A stretch of 64,000 nt of DNA from the human T2T-CHM13v2.0 reference genome, Homo sapiens, in assembly GCF_009914755.1 (NCBI RefSeq), contig NC_060931.1, one strand, 5' to 3'. Positions 13,701 to 28,483 of this stretch are shown piece after piece. The position numbers and the translations under genes are program-made. Each line of letters starts with the position of its first letter. Within the stretch, counting starts at the first letter, position 1. Below the pieces are notes generated by a model. That model saw only the letters and a list, made by a program, of their open reading frames with translations, did no database searches and was not told where the DNA came from.

Positions 13701-16700
13701 ACATTACCTCAGACTACAGAGAACACACCTCTGTTACTTCTTATGGTCCTTTTGGGACAGCTGTGGATTTAGTTTCATAGACTTTATTAGCATAATTGAA
13801 AAAGACAATCCGAGGGGAAGCATTTTGTGCACCGCCTGGATGGAAATTATATGAAGGTGGCATTACCAGTACTGTACTTGCTACTAAAATTTCACCTAAA
13901 GACTCATTGCAAAGCACTTGGGCAAATTTTCCTTTTCTCACTTGGAATTCAATTTTGAAAATTGGGGGATGTCAAGAATTTCACTGAATGAGGTTCATTT
14001 TTAAAATCCCATTATGAGAGGGCAGTGTAGGGGGACTCCATTAGCCCCAGGAGTGTTGAGGGGAAACGTAAATGAGTGAGGCCATTAAAGTCCTTAGACC
14101 ACGGGGGCCTCAATAGAGCCAGAGATGGCTGCTGAGGAGGTGGAGACATGGTCATGATAAGGACTGACTCCCAGCCCAGAGGATGATGAGCTGGTGCGTG
14201 TTCTCATGCTGTGTCAAACCTCCTTGCATATCAATCTTCTGTTCACCCTCACAGCCAATCCTGAAATCCATCCTGTCTCCACATCTGTGGAGTTTCCTGT
14301 TGCATGGAGCTCCTCACAAAAGTCTACTTTCCAAGACAGCTTTCCCCAACCCAGAATGACAGTGGGATTCACACATTATCAAGAAAAGTCACCCATTTCA
14401 TTTTGTTCCCACTGGAGTCTCTTTTATCACTTCCCTCACAAATGATTCTGGGGATATTTAAACTAATTTTCTAGTGTAGAAGAATTTAATGGATGTGTGG
14501 ACACCATGAATACAGCTGCTGCTCAGTGCCTGTACTTGCTTTTGTCCCCAGGAATTGATTTGAGTGCAATCAATTTGCAATTCCCAATAATGTAGAGAGC
14601 TGCCTCTTTGTCTCAGCATCTGTCCTGCTAACTGTGAGGCCCAACACTATGGTGAAGGAGGCAGAATAGGAAAGGAAGAGCTTCTGGCATGAGAGACAGA
14701 AAAAGCTTCAGATGGAGGATCAGGACCACAGGCACACATCCCCTAAAGATCATGGAAATAATGACAAAATACAACCTGCGTTACAGCCAGCTCCCCTAGC
14801 AAGGCGTTTATTCTGTGCAACAAGACACGCTTACTCTCACCATTAGGATCATCATTAGCTTTAAAATTGTCAAGTGACAATTACCCATATATTGCGGTGA
14901 TACACTTTTTATACTGAAGCAAAATACAGTCTTATGGATGGGTTATTTTCTGTGTAACAATGCACATCATTCTGCAAGATGACCAAACAGGAGAGAAAAC
15001 AATTCACGTTCTGTAGATTACTTGATTGTGCCCCATTTTGTTAATGGGCAGTATATTTTAAACTACAATTTCAAAGTCAAATGTCTGCATTGGTTGTTTC
15101 TTTAAGTGTAAAGAGATCAGAAAAAAAGGGTTTATTCCTTAGAATGAGTTTCCCTGAGATGTAGCGAGGACATTATAGTCAGACTGGCACAAGCAAAGAA
15201 ACAGTTACAGCAGCACCAACAATTAGGAGAAAAATTGGACTCCAAGTGAAACAATGCTAGGCGTCTCACTATAAATGCTATCAACACTTTGTGTGAGACA
15301 GGTGCAGAGTGTGAAAGCAATCATTCGTACAGATAATCACTGTATCAAATGCGTGTCCCTGCCTGGACTGCACCTGCCACACCTTTTCATAAAGCCAGGA
15401 AGCCAGACAACAGTGTCTTGTTGAGGGTTGGCTGTACCATATGGGAACTGTGAGCCCTGCACCAGCATCAGGTGGTGCTTCTGTTATTTGCTCTCTCACT
15501 GATTTAGAGGAGTCCTGAGAAATTGAGGTCCTCAACAGAAAACACATGGGTCAGTGTTAATTCATCTCCAGTGACCTTTGCTGCTGTGGAATTCTGTAGT
15601 CCTGTCTCTGTTCCTTCTTTTATCCAAGGCTTCTCATTGCAAAATGGAAACCGTATTGTCAGGTTCTAAGTTCTGAGCAGCATTTTGATTGGGATTCTAT
15701 AGTTCCTCAGTCATATCACTATTCTTATCATGGTGATACCAATACAATTATTACAAATGCAAATACAACCCCCAGTTTTCCTGCAATAGAATATGTGAGC
15801 CATTTCACACTGGAGTTGATCTACATAAAGTCAGCTGATTCTAAGAGCTCAGATCCATTCACCCGCCCCTGCCTGTCAACATGGCCACTGACCACGCTAA
15901 CACGCTGACGAGGTGAGTCCTTCACCTCTTGGCAACCAGAAGTGTTAGACCTTGAATTTTAGCATTTGCTGAATGGAGATGCTTCCATGCACTTTAGAAG
16001 ATTTGATTCTTCTGCAAGAAGAATTCTCCTGTTAAATATGCAAAATACGTTTTTTTTCTTGTTCTTTGGCACTAGTTACCAAAATCTGCAAGTCTGTCTA
16101 TTTTTAATGTACCTTCTTTTAAAAGCACTGCAGTGCCTATGTGTATATTAGGCTCTAAACCTGGCTCTGGGAGGTCATGAGTATAATTTTAGACCTAGCA
16201 AGTTCTGAAGTCACTGTTTCTCTTGTATTTCACAATGAAATGTCAGGAATAATTTTTTGAAAATGAAGTGGAACCTTCTTTTAAATACGAGCCCTTCATC
16301 TCCATCACTCCTCCCAGGCTCTGTCATAATCACAGGCCGGGAGCTACATTTCTGGCTGATGGGATCCTTGTGCAGTTGGCACAGGCTCTGCCCCCATGCC
16401 TCTGGACCCTCAGCTGTCCTTGCACACCTGCTGCAGGTGCACTGTCATGCTCAGGGCAGCACCTGTGTCCTTTCATTGGCACTTCCGGCACGCTGCCAGA
16501 GCTCTTACTGCCCGCCTGGCCTGGTGGCTGGAAATGCCTGGGGATTTTGCCCCTTTGGGCAGCCTCAGCCAAGGACTGCCAGATGTGGGGAAATATATTC
16601 CAGCCTCCTTTCCCCAGCAGCAGCTCTGAAGGATGGCCTACCTGCTCCTAGAGTCCTCTGCAGGGCTGAGGCACAGTTCTACCTGTGTGACCTCCTTCCC

Positions 16701-17821
16701 TCTGTGTCCCCTCCCCATGGGTTTCCCTTGAAACACATCTTATAAAATCACTTACCTAGAATACACATTTAAGCCTCCTTCTCATAACCCAACACCTTGG
16801 CCCAAAGAGCGGAACAAAGAGCCGGAACCCTGGGGAGTTGTAGCCTATGGACACCAGGTCTTGGGGCCTCTCCTTTAAGGATATCTCTTTTTTCCAAACA
16901 GAGTTTAAAGATGTCCTTGTTCCAAATTGAGAAGACAAAAAGCAAACTATGTTGCAGGTTTTCCAAATGATTTCAGACCAGATTTACAATGGCTTGCTCT
17001 TTAAAAATTGAAGAAATTCACCCCTGGTATGCCAGGAGCCTGGGAGTCTGCACCAGGATTGTCCCCTGCAGATGTGAGGACAGTTTAATCAGCTCCCTCC
17101 TCAGTGCTCCATACTCTGTGAGACGTTGTGGGGAAGGCAGCATTTAAATCTACAAATAAAAGTACTGGATCCCTCAAGAGGAGGAGAGAGTGGTACAACC
17201 TTAATGGCCTTAAAGGCCAAGAACTTAATGGCCAAGAAGCCAGACATGGAGATATCCATGGCCATTCTCACCCCACTCTTTCCTTCCCACTGCACCAGCC
17301 CCTCCGGCTCCAAATCAAATAGCTCTGAATTCAGAATGCAATTTGAAAACTTGGGAATCAAGGCTCTTCTCTGTGGATCTTGTATTTGAGATAGTAAGAC
17401 CTTGCCAGTGCCTTGAAGTTATCTATTTAACCTAGCATAGCCGTCACTTTGGAAGAGTGAGGCCAGCACTCCAGGCTACGCTGTGCATGAGAATGAGGAC
17501 AATTTTGCTAAAACAATACAATGCTTCTTTACTGAGGGTGGGTCTATTTTGTTTTAAGCTTATGGATATTATCTTACAAATACCTGTTAAAACCCCATGC
17601 GTAGTTAATAATCCCATTTTAGAAAAAAAGCCACTTTGACATTGAATTGCTAACTGATTTTTCCCAAGGTCACCCCAGTAAAAGTGTCAGATTCTGAAAT
17701 CAGATTCTGTGCTACTTGATGTTAATGCCCCGTAGGCCTCTCAATCATAAAATGCCTTAGAGTCACAGTGGGTGTGACATACGTGAAGTTGAGGAAAGAA
17801 CATTTCCCTTTTGACAGCCAG

Positions 17822-17972
17822 AATAGAATCGTTTAGCAAATGGCATTGATAAGGTCAATAATTCAAATGGGAAATTAGAATATTATTCTGACCTCACAAT
17901 AGAATTGATTAGGAAATGGCAATGATAAGGTCAAGAATGCAAATGGGAAATTAAGAGTGTTATTCTGACCTC
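17822..17972. repeat. Two-copy 76-bp tandem duplication
   Basis: aatagaat..ttag.aaatggca.tgataaggtcaa...ttattctgacctc at 17822 and 17898. Confidence 0.9.
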
Positions 17973-18048
17973 TAGGGTAGAGAATGGGACCTCTGCTCAG
18001 CTTTAAGTGAGGAGCAAGACAGAATAGTGATGGTGAGCCCTGGAGATG

Positions 18049-18692
18049 CAGTCAGTTCTTGCTGTTCACAGTAGTCATGCTCTATAAGGTTGCCACAAAG
18101 GCAGAATTAACTAATACTGAGCTGTTGCTCCTAGTGGAAATGTAAGGTTAGGTTCCTTCAAGCCTCGGGTCACAACATTTTCATCCACAGATCCGCACAT
18201 AAGTTTCTTAAGTGAGCATTTCTGTTTAAAAACATTGTATTACATATATAGTCTTCATTCATTAACACTGATTTCATGGCCAACGGTACTATAACACATG
18301 CCTGCATGAAGCTTTTCCAACACACATATTCTTCTCCATAAGGCACATCACGGTATTCTTGTGCTTGGGAACCCTACACAGCACTTCAGCACGCACTTGG
18401 GGGCCATTTTAAACAGCAAAATCACCAACAAAAAATACAAAAATGTGGAACTAAATAGACCATGAAGAGGACACTTGTTTATAGTATGAGCTAAAGCAAG
18501 AAGGCAGAGTGCCGTCATGTTCAGACCCAGCTAGGAACATGTGTGTCAGGCAACTCACTTTTTTTTCCACTGTGTACATGACTGCAAAAGACCTGGAAAG
18601 CACCATGAGTATTGATTTGCAAGTTACACATAAATTTTAGGAGTAGGTCGATCTGCAAATATTGCATCCATGAATAATAAGGATCACCTCTG
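18049..18692. mobile_element. MER82-like TcMar-Tigger element, near full length
   Basis: Long match to remembered MER82 (ctataaggttgccac..., gggggccattttaaacagcaaaatcaccaac..., gaataataaggatcacctctg). Confidence 0.75.
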
Positions 18693-18880
18693 TTAGCATT
18701 AGCACATTGCCCATTGACAAATCTACTGGATTCATCTGAGCTAGTAAAAACAACAACAACAAAAAAAACAATTGTCAATCAGACCAAAGGTAATCTCCAT
18801 TCGTACACAAATAGAAGGAACAATTAGCTTGGGAAGATCTGCCTGTTTATTTAATTAAAAATAAAATTTAAAAGATGGAA

Positions 18881-19663
<783 letters not shown>

Positions 19664-20169
19664 TCAAAAAAATCTAACTCAGAACCCTTTGACTGAGGAA
19701 CAGTTTTCACACTCCAGAAAATTCTAAATGACTTTCATTTGCTGTTGGTTCACATGCCCTCGTGGAAGACTTTGCTTGCTGCTTTGTTTTCATAAGCAGC
19801 TTGAAGGAAACTCAGGCAGGAACTATGGAACTCCAGCTGCTGCTGTAACTGCATCTTGACGATGCAAAATGACGATGGAAATATAGAAGCATGTACATCA
19901 TATCTATCATGAATTGAGCATGTGGGTCTGTTCCCTCGAATGAAAAATACATGCAAATAAAAATATTTGGCTATAGGTGGTGCAACTTTTAACAGTTGTT
20001 CTAGAACTTACACATCCAAATATGTGTTTTCACTTTGCACAGGGTGGCCTATGGAGTTTTATGCTTGCTCTAGTAATGTTGTAGTGGAAAACATTTTGGA
20101 AGTATTTTAATGTATTAACCACATTGTTTAATATCTTTAACCTCATTAAATCACAGTCCTTTAAGGAAT

Positions 20170-20685
20170 GATATGTGTGCACTCTTGTATGTGTATGAGT
20201 GTATGTATGTGTGTGTGCAGTTGCATGTGTGGGAGTGGGGATGCACGTGTGTGTTTGGTGTGTGTATATGAGCATGTGTGAGTATGTGTGTATATGTGTG
20301 TGCAATTGCATGTGTATGTATGTGTATGTATGTGTGTTTGTTGTGTGGTATGTATATGGGCATGTGTGTGTATATATGTGTGTGTGCAGTTGATGTGTTT
20401 GGGGGATACCTGTGCTTGTTGTGTGGTATGTGTATGTATGGGCATGTGTGTGTATATATGTGTGTGTGCAGCTGATGTGTGTGTGGGGATGCATGTGTGT
20501 GCATTGTGTATATGTGTCTGGGCATGTGTGTGTATCTATGTGTGTGTGCAGTTTGGGGATGCATGTGTGGTGTGCATATGTATATGGACATGTGTGAGTA
20601 TGTGAGTATATGGTGTATGCATAATTGTGTGCATATATGTGTGTGTGGCATGCATGTGAGGCACGTGGGGGTTTGTGTGTGTATG
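20170..20685 (+). repeat. ~500-bp (TG/TA)-rich low-complexity repeat
   Basis: Alternating purine-pyrimidine tract with duplicated sub-blocks. Confidence 0.93.
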
Positions 20686-21744
20686 AAGAACAAATCATTT
20701 GGAAACAAGTATGGTGAATCCATCTAGGTAGTTTGGTGTAGGGTTAAAAAATGATTATAAATTTTGTGATTGATTTTCTTATTGGTCCAAAGACTGATTC
20801 TGGCCAGTATATTCTAGGACTACCCTTGGTGGTGGTATCATGGGGATAAAAATGTGGCTTTCTGAGACAACGCCTTGGAAGCGTGTCACTTGCTGGAACA
20901 TAGGCATCTCAGTACAGCAATATGTAGAGTAGCACGCCATGCCTGTGGGCCTTTCAAAAGTCCTCATGTGAACGTGAGCCTTTCTTCCTGTGGTACTGAT
21001 GATCATTACGTTCACGTTGCAAAGTCTCATTAGTTTGATTTTTGAACCCAGTTGTTGGAAAAGGGTGTTGATGTGTCCCCCAGAAATGGGGAAGGTGCTG
21101 AATGGAAACCTAACTTAATCGTACTGTGGATTGAATGCGTTGCCTTTTTAAAGAATGTCTTGGCAGTTCCCGTGATTTTGTCTAACTCTCTGGCTATTTT
21201 TTCCTCTCTGGATTTAGCTCTAAATCAAAAACCCACACACAATTACTGCACAGGGGATGACCCTTCTCAGAAAAATTCCAAAACCTCTGGAGTAGATTGG
21301 GTTTTTTTACCCATTGAGATAAAGAAGGATATTACACCATAGTTTTGAATTACAATGCTGATATCCTATTCAGGGCTTATTAGGATATAACTTGAAGTAA
21401 ATGTTGAGAGTAATCAGCAGGACATTTTGAAAGAAAAGTTACAGTTAACCTAGATGACAGTTAAACAATTGTTTATCCCCGATAACTGCATTCAGATGGG
21501 CCAATAGCAGAAGTCACTCTGAAATTCATGAAAGTGTAACTAACAGGACTGTCACTACTGCAAGCAGCATATTTAATGTTTTTACTGTTTTTTTATAAAA
21601 AAAGGTTTCTATTACAGTGTTCTTGAGTATTGGACTAAAATGCAAACGTCACTTGTAAATCTATTCCTTTGGGCTTCATGAAGATTTGAGGTAGGTGCTC
21701 AGGAAGTGAATCTCCCCAAGAAACTCCTCTCTTAGAATGCACTC

Positions 21745-21965
21745 TGACCCCAAGCCTGTTGGTAGCAAGACTGCAGGAGCACATGGCTTTGCAGGCAGCA
21801 GACCTTGGCTCATACCCAAACTCCCCACTCACTGAACCTGCAGCCTCGCCCTTCCATCTTCGACTTCTTTATTTGGGGAACAGCCACAATAATGCTGGTG
21901 GCTGTAGGGACTGGGGACAACATATCCAGCGCAGAGCTTGGTTTTATTAGAGCTATTTAATAAAT
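21745..21965 (+). mobile_element. MIR
   Basis: ggctttgcaggcagcagaccttggctcataccc... MIR-like layout. Confidence 0.5.
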
Positions 21966-22164
21966 GATGGTCACAAATATGACTATTAATAATTAGCTAT
22001 TAATTCAATTTACACTTGGATTTAATTAATAATAGTAATAAGTGGGTTTATTGTCACTCTAATAAGAACATATTTGCAGGCTAAAACATCACTCCCAGGA
22101 AAATCACCGTGTTGACATATTTATCTTTTCTTAACATTTTCTTCTACCAATAACGCAGTGTAAG

Positions 22165-22695
<531 letters not shown>

Positions 22696-23329
22696 TAAGA
22701 ACACAATTTTAAATGCCAGGATTCATACCTCTAAATAAGATGGGTGCATCCTCTCCAAGGCCCAGGATGTGGTGGGCTCTCCCTGGGCTGTGACTGTGTC
22801 TTCCTTGAATTGTCTTCAGAATCATTGATAAGTCCCACGCCTCTGTTTCCTATCTCCATTGTCACAGCTGATTTATGAACACAAACAGTATTGCAAAACT
22901 TAACACCACCACTGTTTGTTGTAAATTTACATACCTTGTGACTCATTTTTAAAAAATCAAATATAGCAACAAAGTACAAAGATTTACCACCACTGACTAT
23001 GTAAGAGAAGGCACTAGGAGATCTTAGGATATTATGCTAAGTGGTATTTCAAAGGCATTTTGTATCTTAGTATAAGATCTCTGGTGTGCAATTTTGTGTG
23101 ATTTGAATAGGGCCTACTTTGCAAGGGGCCACGCAGACGGATTTCAGCATCAGAATTGATTTATACCAGTAGCCTCTTCTTTATGGTCATACCACATATT
23201 TAGAATTTGAACTTTCTCTGATGCAGTAGACTGCATCTTGCTACCTGAGAAAGATACAAACCACCCTCATCTTGGCCTGAAAAGAGCCTCTCCCAGATGC
23301 TCAGCATCCAGTACAGGGAAGAAGATGAT

Positions 23330-23545
23330 ATGGTATGGGGGGTTTGGAGCCAAAAATTGATTTGAGACATGGGTCTTTGTGACTCTAGCTTAGTGACTTA
23401 ACCTTTCAACACCTCTGTTTCCTCCCCTGTCCAATGGGGAGATTGACCTCACCTGAGAGAGTGTCCTGAGAACCAAGTGTAATGATGTGTGTTGAGGGGT
23501 GGGGACAGGGCTGGCACAGTGCCTGGCATGTTCTAACCATCTATA
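23330..23545 (+). mobile_element. MIR
   Basis: gtgacttaacctttcaacacctctgtttcctcccctgtccaatgggg...gcacagtgcctggca. Confidence 0.6.
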
Positions 23546-24589
23546 ATTTTATTCTTTTTTCCCCTCCCTATTCCATTCTCTCTGTGGCCCCATAGAGAAG
23601 ACTCCAATCTGTGGTTTTCATTGATGGTGGCAGCTTTAGCCAGGCAGTGGTTTCCCTGTTGTACAATTCAATAGCCTGCATGCAGGGACATGCTTCTCAG
23701 GTGGCCTCTGGATACACGTGTCCTTTGTGGCCTACAGAAGACTTTCTTACACAGTGCACTGTTAACTGAGCAGAGGCAGCCGTACCTGGGGTGCTGATTA
23801 GCACTGTGCAATGTACTGATTGGTACTGTGTAATTTTTAGGACCTCCTTTTGTTCCCTACGCCCCTTGGGAGAGTGTGGCACACTGGAAGAAAGACACGC
23901 TGTATCCTGGGCACAGGTCTTCTGTTAGACTCAATGGTGGGAAGGGGATGGGATGCAGCCCAGGGCCTCCCTGCCCATGGCATTTTCTCAGGAGCTGTCT
24001 CCTTTGAGTTGCTATCAAATCGCATATGTTGCATGCTTACTTGAAAGGAATTTGCACAGAGTGGTTTGTTTATACTAGTTAGGCATCAAAAAGACCATTG
24101 TTCTCCCAGACTTTCAGTATAACAAACAAATTTAAAAAAAGTATGTATATTTGGGTAGATAAATATAGGGTTGATTCCTAAAGGGTTTAGAAATAACCAC
24201 AAATAGGCCCATTTATAACAAGAGGTTGAAGGAGAGATTGCCACTCTTTGGAGCCACATCTGAATGCCAGAAGTTCCCTTGACATCCTGCTCAGTCCAAG
24301 GGTCACAACATGTCTGATGCCTAGCTCTGGACTCAAGGGCATCAGACATCAGAACACGTCTCTCTCTGGACTCAGGGACAATACCCATACATATCTGTGG
24401 AATCAGGATACCTTACCTCCTATCTCCAGTTCCTACCCCACTGTGAAGCTCAGAGTGATATTGAGTGAGCCCTTTCTGAATCGGGACCAGTCTCATCTCA
24501 GCTTATTACCCGTGGGCCCCAGTAATGCAATCTGTTCACCTTCTGAACACTGGGATCCCCGTTGTCTTGTCCTAGGTCACTCATTTGAG

Positions 24590-24830
24590 AGACAGAAGCG
24601 AGTAGAGGCTGTAAGCATGAACTCTGCAGCCACAGGGTTGCTTTGAATCCTGGACTTGACACAGCTGTGTAAACTTGAGCAAGTTATTGCAACTCTGTGT
24701 GCCTCAGTTTACCTATCTGTAAAGTGAGGATACAAATGATCTACTTCATAGGGCTATTTTAAAAATAGTTAATATGTAAGTAACTATTAGAATGCCTAGA
24801 ACACGGTACTTGTTAGTAAGAGTTATTCAT
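24590..24830 (+). mobile_element. MIR
   Basis: ctgtgtaaacttgagcaagtta...ctgtgtgcctcagtttacctatctgtaaagtgagg core. Confidence 0.75.
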
Positions 24831-25739
24831 TGTCATCATCATAGTCATTATCATCATCATCATCAAGAATTTGATGAGTACCTGTAAAGGCTAAGCAATA
24901 TCCGAGGCTCATGGGGTACACAGCAATAAACTAGGCAGGGCTCTGTTCTTTGAGAAACTTACTCTTTATTTGAGACAAACAATAAAGAGAGCTCTTTTAG
25001 CACAAGGCACTGTAGGAATTCCAGTAACAAGGAGTCGTCCTATGTAGACAGAACTTGTGCATCGTTGATGATCTCGACGATCTTGCTAAATTGAAGCTTG
25101 GATGGGCAAGTAAGACTCAGACTTTACTCCAAGCAATTCCAAGCATATGAAAGCACGATGGGCAGATATTAGCCTGCCATCCATACACAGTATTGGATAT
25201 CGCACTCTCTGTGGGACATTTGCTCCTTATTCTGACATCATAAGAACAGAAAACCAGTGCTTCTGGACACGAATCATTTCAGGGCTCTTTGCAGATGCAT
25301 AGCATGAAAGCAGCTGTTTCAGAATTCAAAAATTATACATCATGCCGTATATGGCTTTTCGCTTTACAAGTTGCTTTCAAACATTGCCTCATGTTGGCCT
25401 CATGACATCCATGTTAGATAAGCGTGGTGAGAATTACTTCCCTGTTTGATAAACGGGGAAGCTGAGTCAGGGGGAGCTGCCTCATCATGGTCACTAAAGA
25501 GAGGCGAGTGAGACCTGGAACCCCACTGGGTCTTCTGTCTTCTGGGTGAGCTCTTGGTTGAGGGGACTGTGAGATGCCTGTGTAGGTGAGTCTTTGCTGA
25601 TTTATAGACTCAATGGACTAATTGTTGCTGGATGCTACCAGAACTATGAAACAATCTGCAGGACGAAAAAGCAGATGAGTCATGCAAATTTTAACAAATT
25701 AGTTATGTTTCTGAAATTAAAAGTAGGTAAAGAACACAA

Positions 25740-26504
<765 letters not shown>

Positions 26505-26520
<16 letters not shown>

Positions 26521-26640
26521 GAATTAAAACTGCTTTTATATTTTAATTATACACTGAAATAAAACTGCTTTTAACTAGTTTATTTTAATTATACACTGAA
26601 TTAAAACTGCTTTTTACTAGTTTTATCATATATCATACTA
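26505..26640. repeat. Short AT-rich tandem repeat (acactgaattaaaactgctttt x3)
   Basis: Motif recurs three times with ~35-45 bp spacing. Confidence 0.8.
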
Positions 26641-26972
<332 letters not shown>

Positions 26973-28182
26973 TAGGTTATTATAAAATCACAGCCATAGT
27001 AACTTCCTGTGAGGAAACGGTTTAAAAATATGAGAGCAGGCCACATGGCCACCTAAGGAAATTTATACATTTTGAGAAGCGTGAAAGCTTATTCTATTTC
27101 CCTGAGAAAAGGTATTGATATCACAATGCAGAGGTGATCTTATTTTAATTTCAGCACTATTACTGCTGTGCATTTATTACAATCAGGCAGAGTACTGATG
27201 TGTTTCGAATACGGGAAAGACAGAATCTGAAAAGAGATAGCAATTTAACTTTCTGCAGGAAAACTCCGGCGTGTTTTTCATTCTGACAACTTGACTGGTG
27301 ATAAGAAAGATGAGGTACTACTTTTGTAAACTTGTTATCCTTACACTCTCAAGAACCATTTGTCATCCATTTTTCCCTGTCATACTGAAATATACCTCTA
27401 AGAAAATATCGGTAATTTCTCAGTATTTTAAAAACATAGATTCTCTTGATCAGTCTACTAAATATTTCATAGTTTGTGTGTTGTTCATTAGAAAAGAAGA
27501 GATTCCATTTTCCCAAACTGTGGAACTGAGCAGCGCACTGAGATTTTAAGGAGTGGGATGTGGGTACCCTGAGAAGGGACATGGTTTTGTCCAGAGCTGA
27601 GGAAAAGAAAAATTGACCCCGAGATCCCAGCTTAGCCAACAGCCCTGGGCAATTTCATCAGCTTCCTATATCTCGGTGTAGCCACGAGCAAGATCATTTT
27701 GTGGCACTGAACTCACGGTCTGCAACTCATGTGCATTCAGGACAGACATTGAGGCTTAGGGTCAGGCTGTAGGTGGCACCAGCCATCATGGGACATTCAG
27801 ACCAGAGAATGCAGCAACCAAGAGCTTGCTTAGGTAGGCAAGCAGGAGCGTTTGTCCACTCCATAGCCAGCCTTCATCTATCAGGGGACTTGAAATGTTC
27901 ATTGCACATTCCCCTGTAGGCAAGAGTATTTATTGAGAAGACCTGAATTTTAATGCAAAGCTTTCCAAATGGTTGTTTGTAGCCAGTTGACCTTTGAGTC
28001 CAGACATCAGGTGGCTCCATTCCTCTCCAGGGCCATGGAGCTTCACTGTGACCTTGGGGGACTGTCCAGCCCTCTCCATAGTGTTGAGGGAGCAGCTCCA
28101 GCTCTTCTCCCCTCACTCTTCCTGGCCTCCCTGGGGCCAGTATCCCATTGTTAACACCAGCACCAGTCCCATGCCTATGATT

Positions 28183-28483
28183 TCTTCTTTTTTTTTTTTT
28201 TTTCTTTTGAGACAGTCTCACTCTGTCACCCAGGCTGAAGTGCAGTGGAGCTATCTTGGCTCATTGCGACCTCCACCTCCTGGGTTCAAGGAATTCTGCC
28301 TCAGCCTCCCGAGTAGCTGGAATCACAAGCATGCACTACCATGCCCGGCTAATTTTTGTATGTTTAGTAGAGACAGGGGTTCACCATGTTGGCCAGACTG
28401 GTCCTAAACTCCTGACCTCAAGTGACCCACCCACCTCGGCCTTAAACTGCTGGGATTACAGGTGTGAGCCACCGTGCCTGGCC
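28183..28483 (-). mobile_element. AluS
   Basis: Full Alu, poly-T tail, TSD atgcctRtgatt. Confidence 0.95.

Noticed and set aside
15860-15918. GC box, aacATGG and GAG|GTGAGT donor
   Set aside because: ATG-to-donor distance is 32 nt (phase 2), out of frame with exon 2; no CpG island.
21066-21102. Split REST/RE1-like site (tgtcc...ggtgctgaa)
   Set aside because: One half-site is weak and the spacer is non-canonical.
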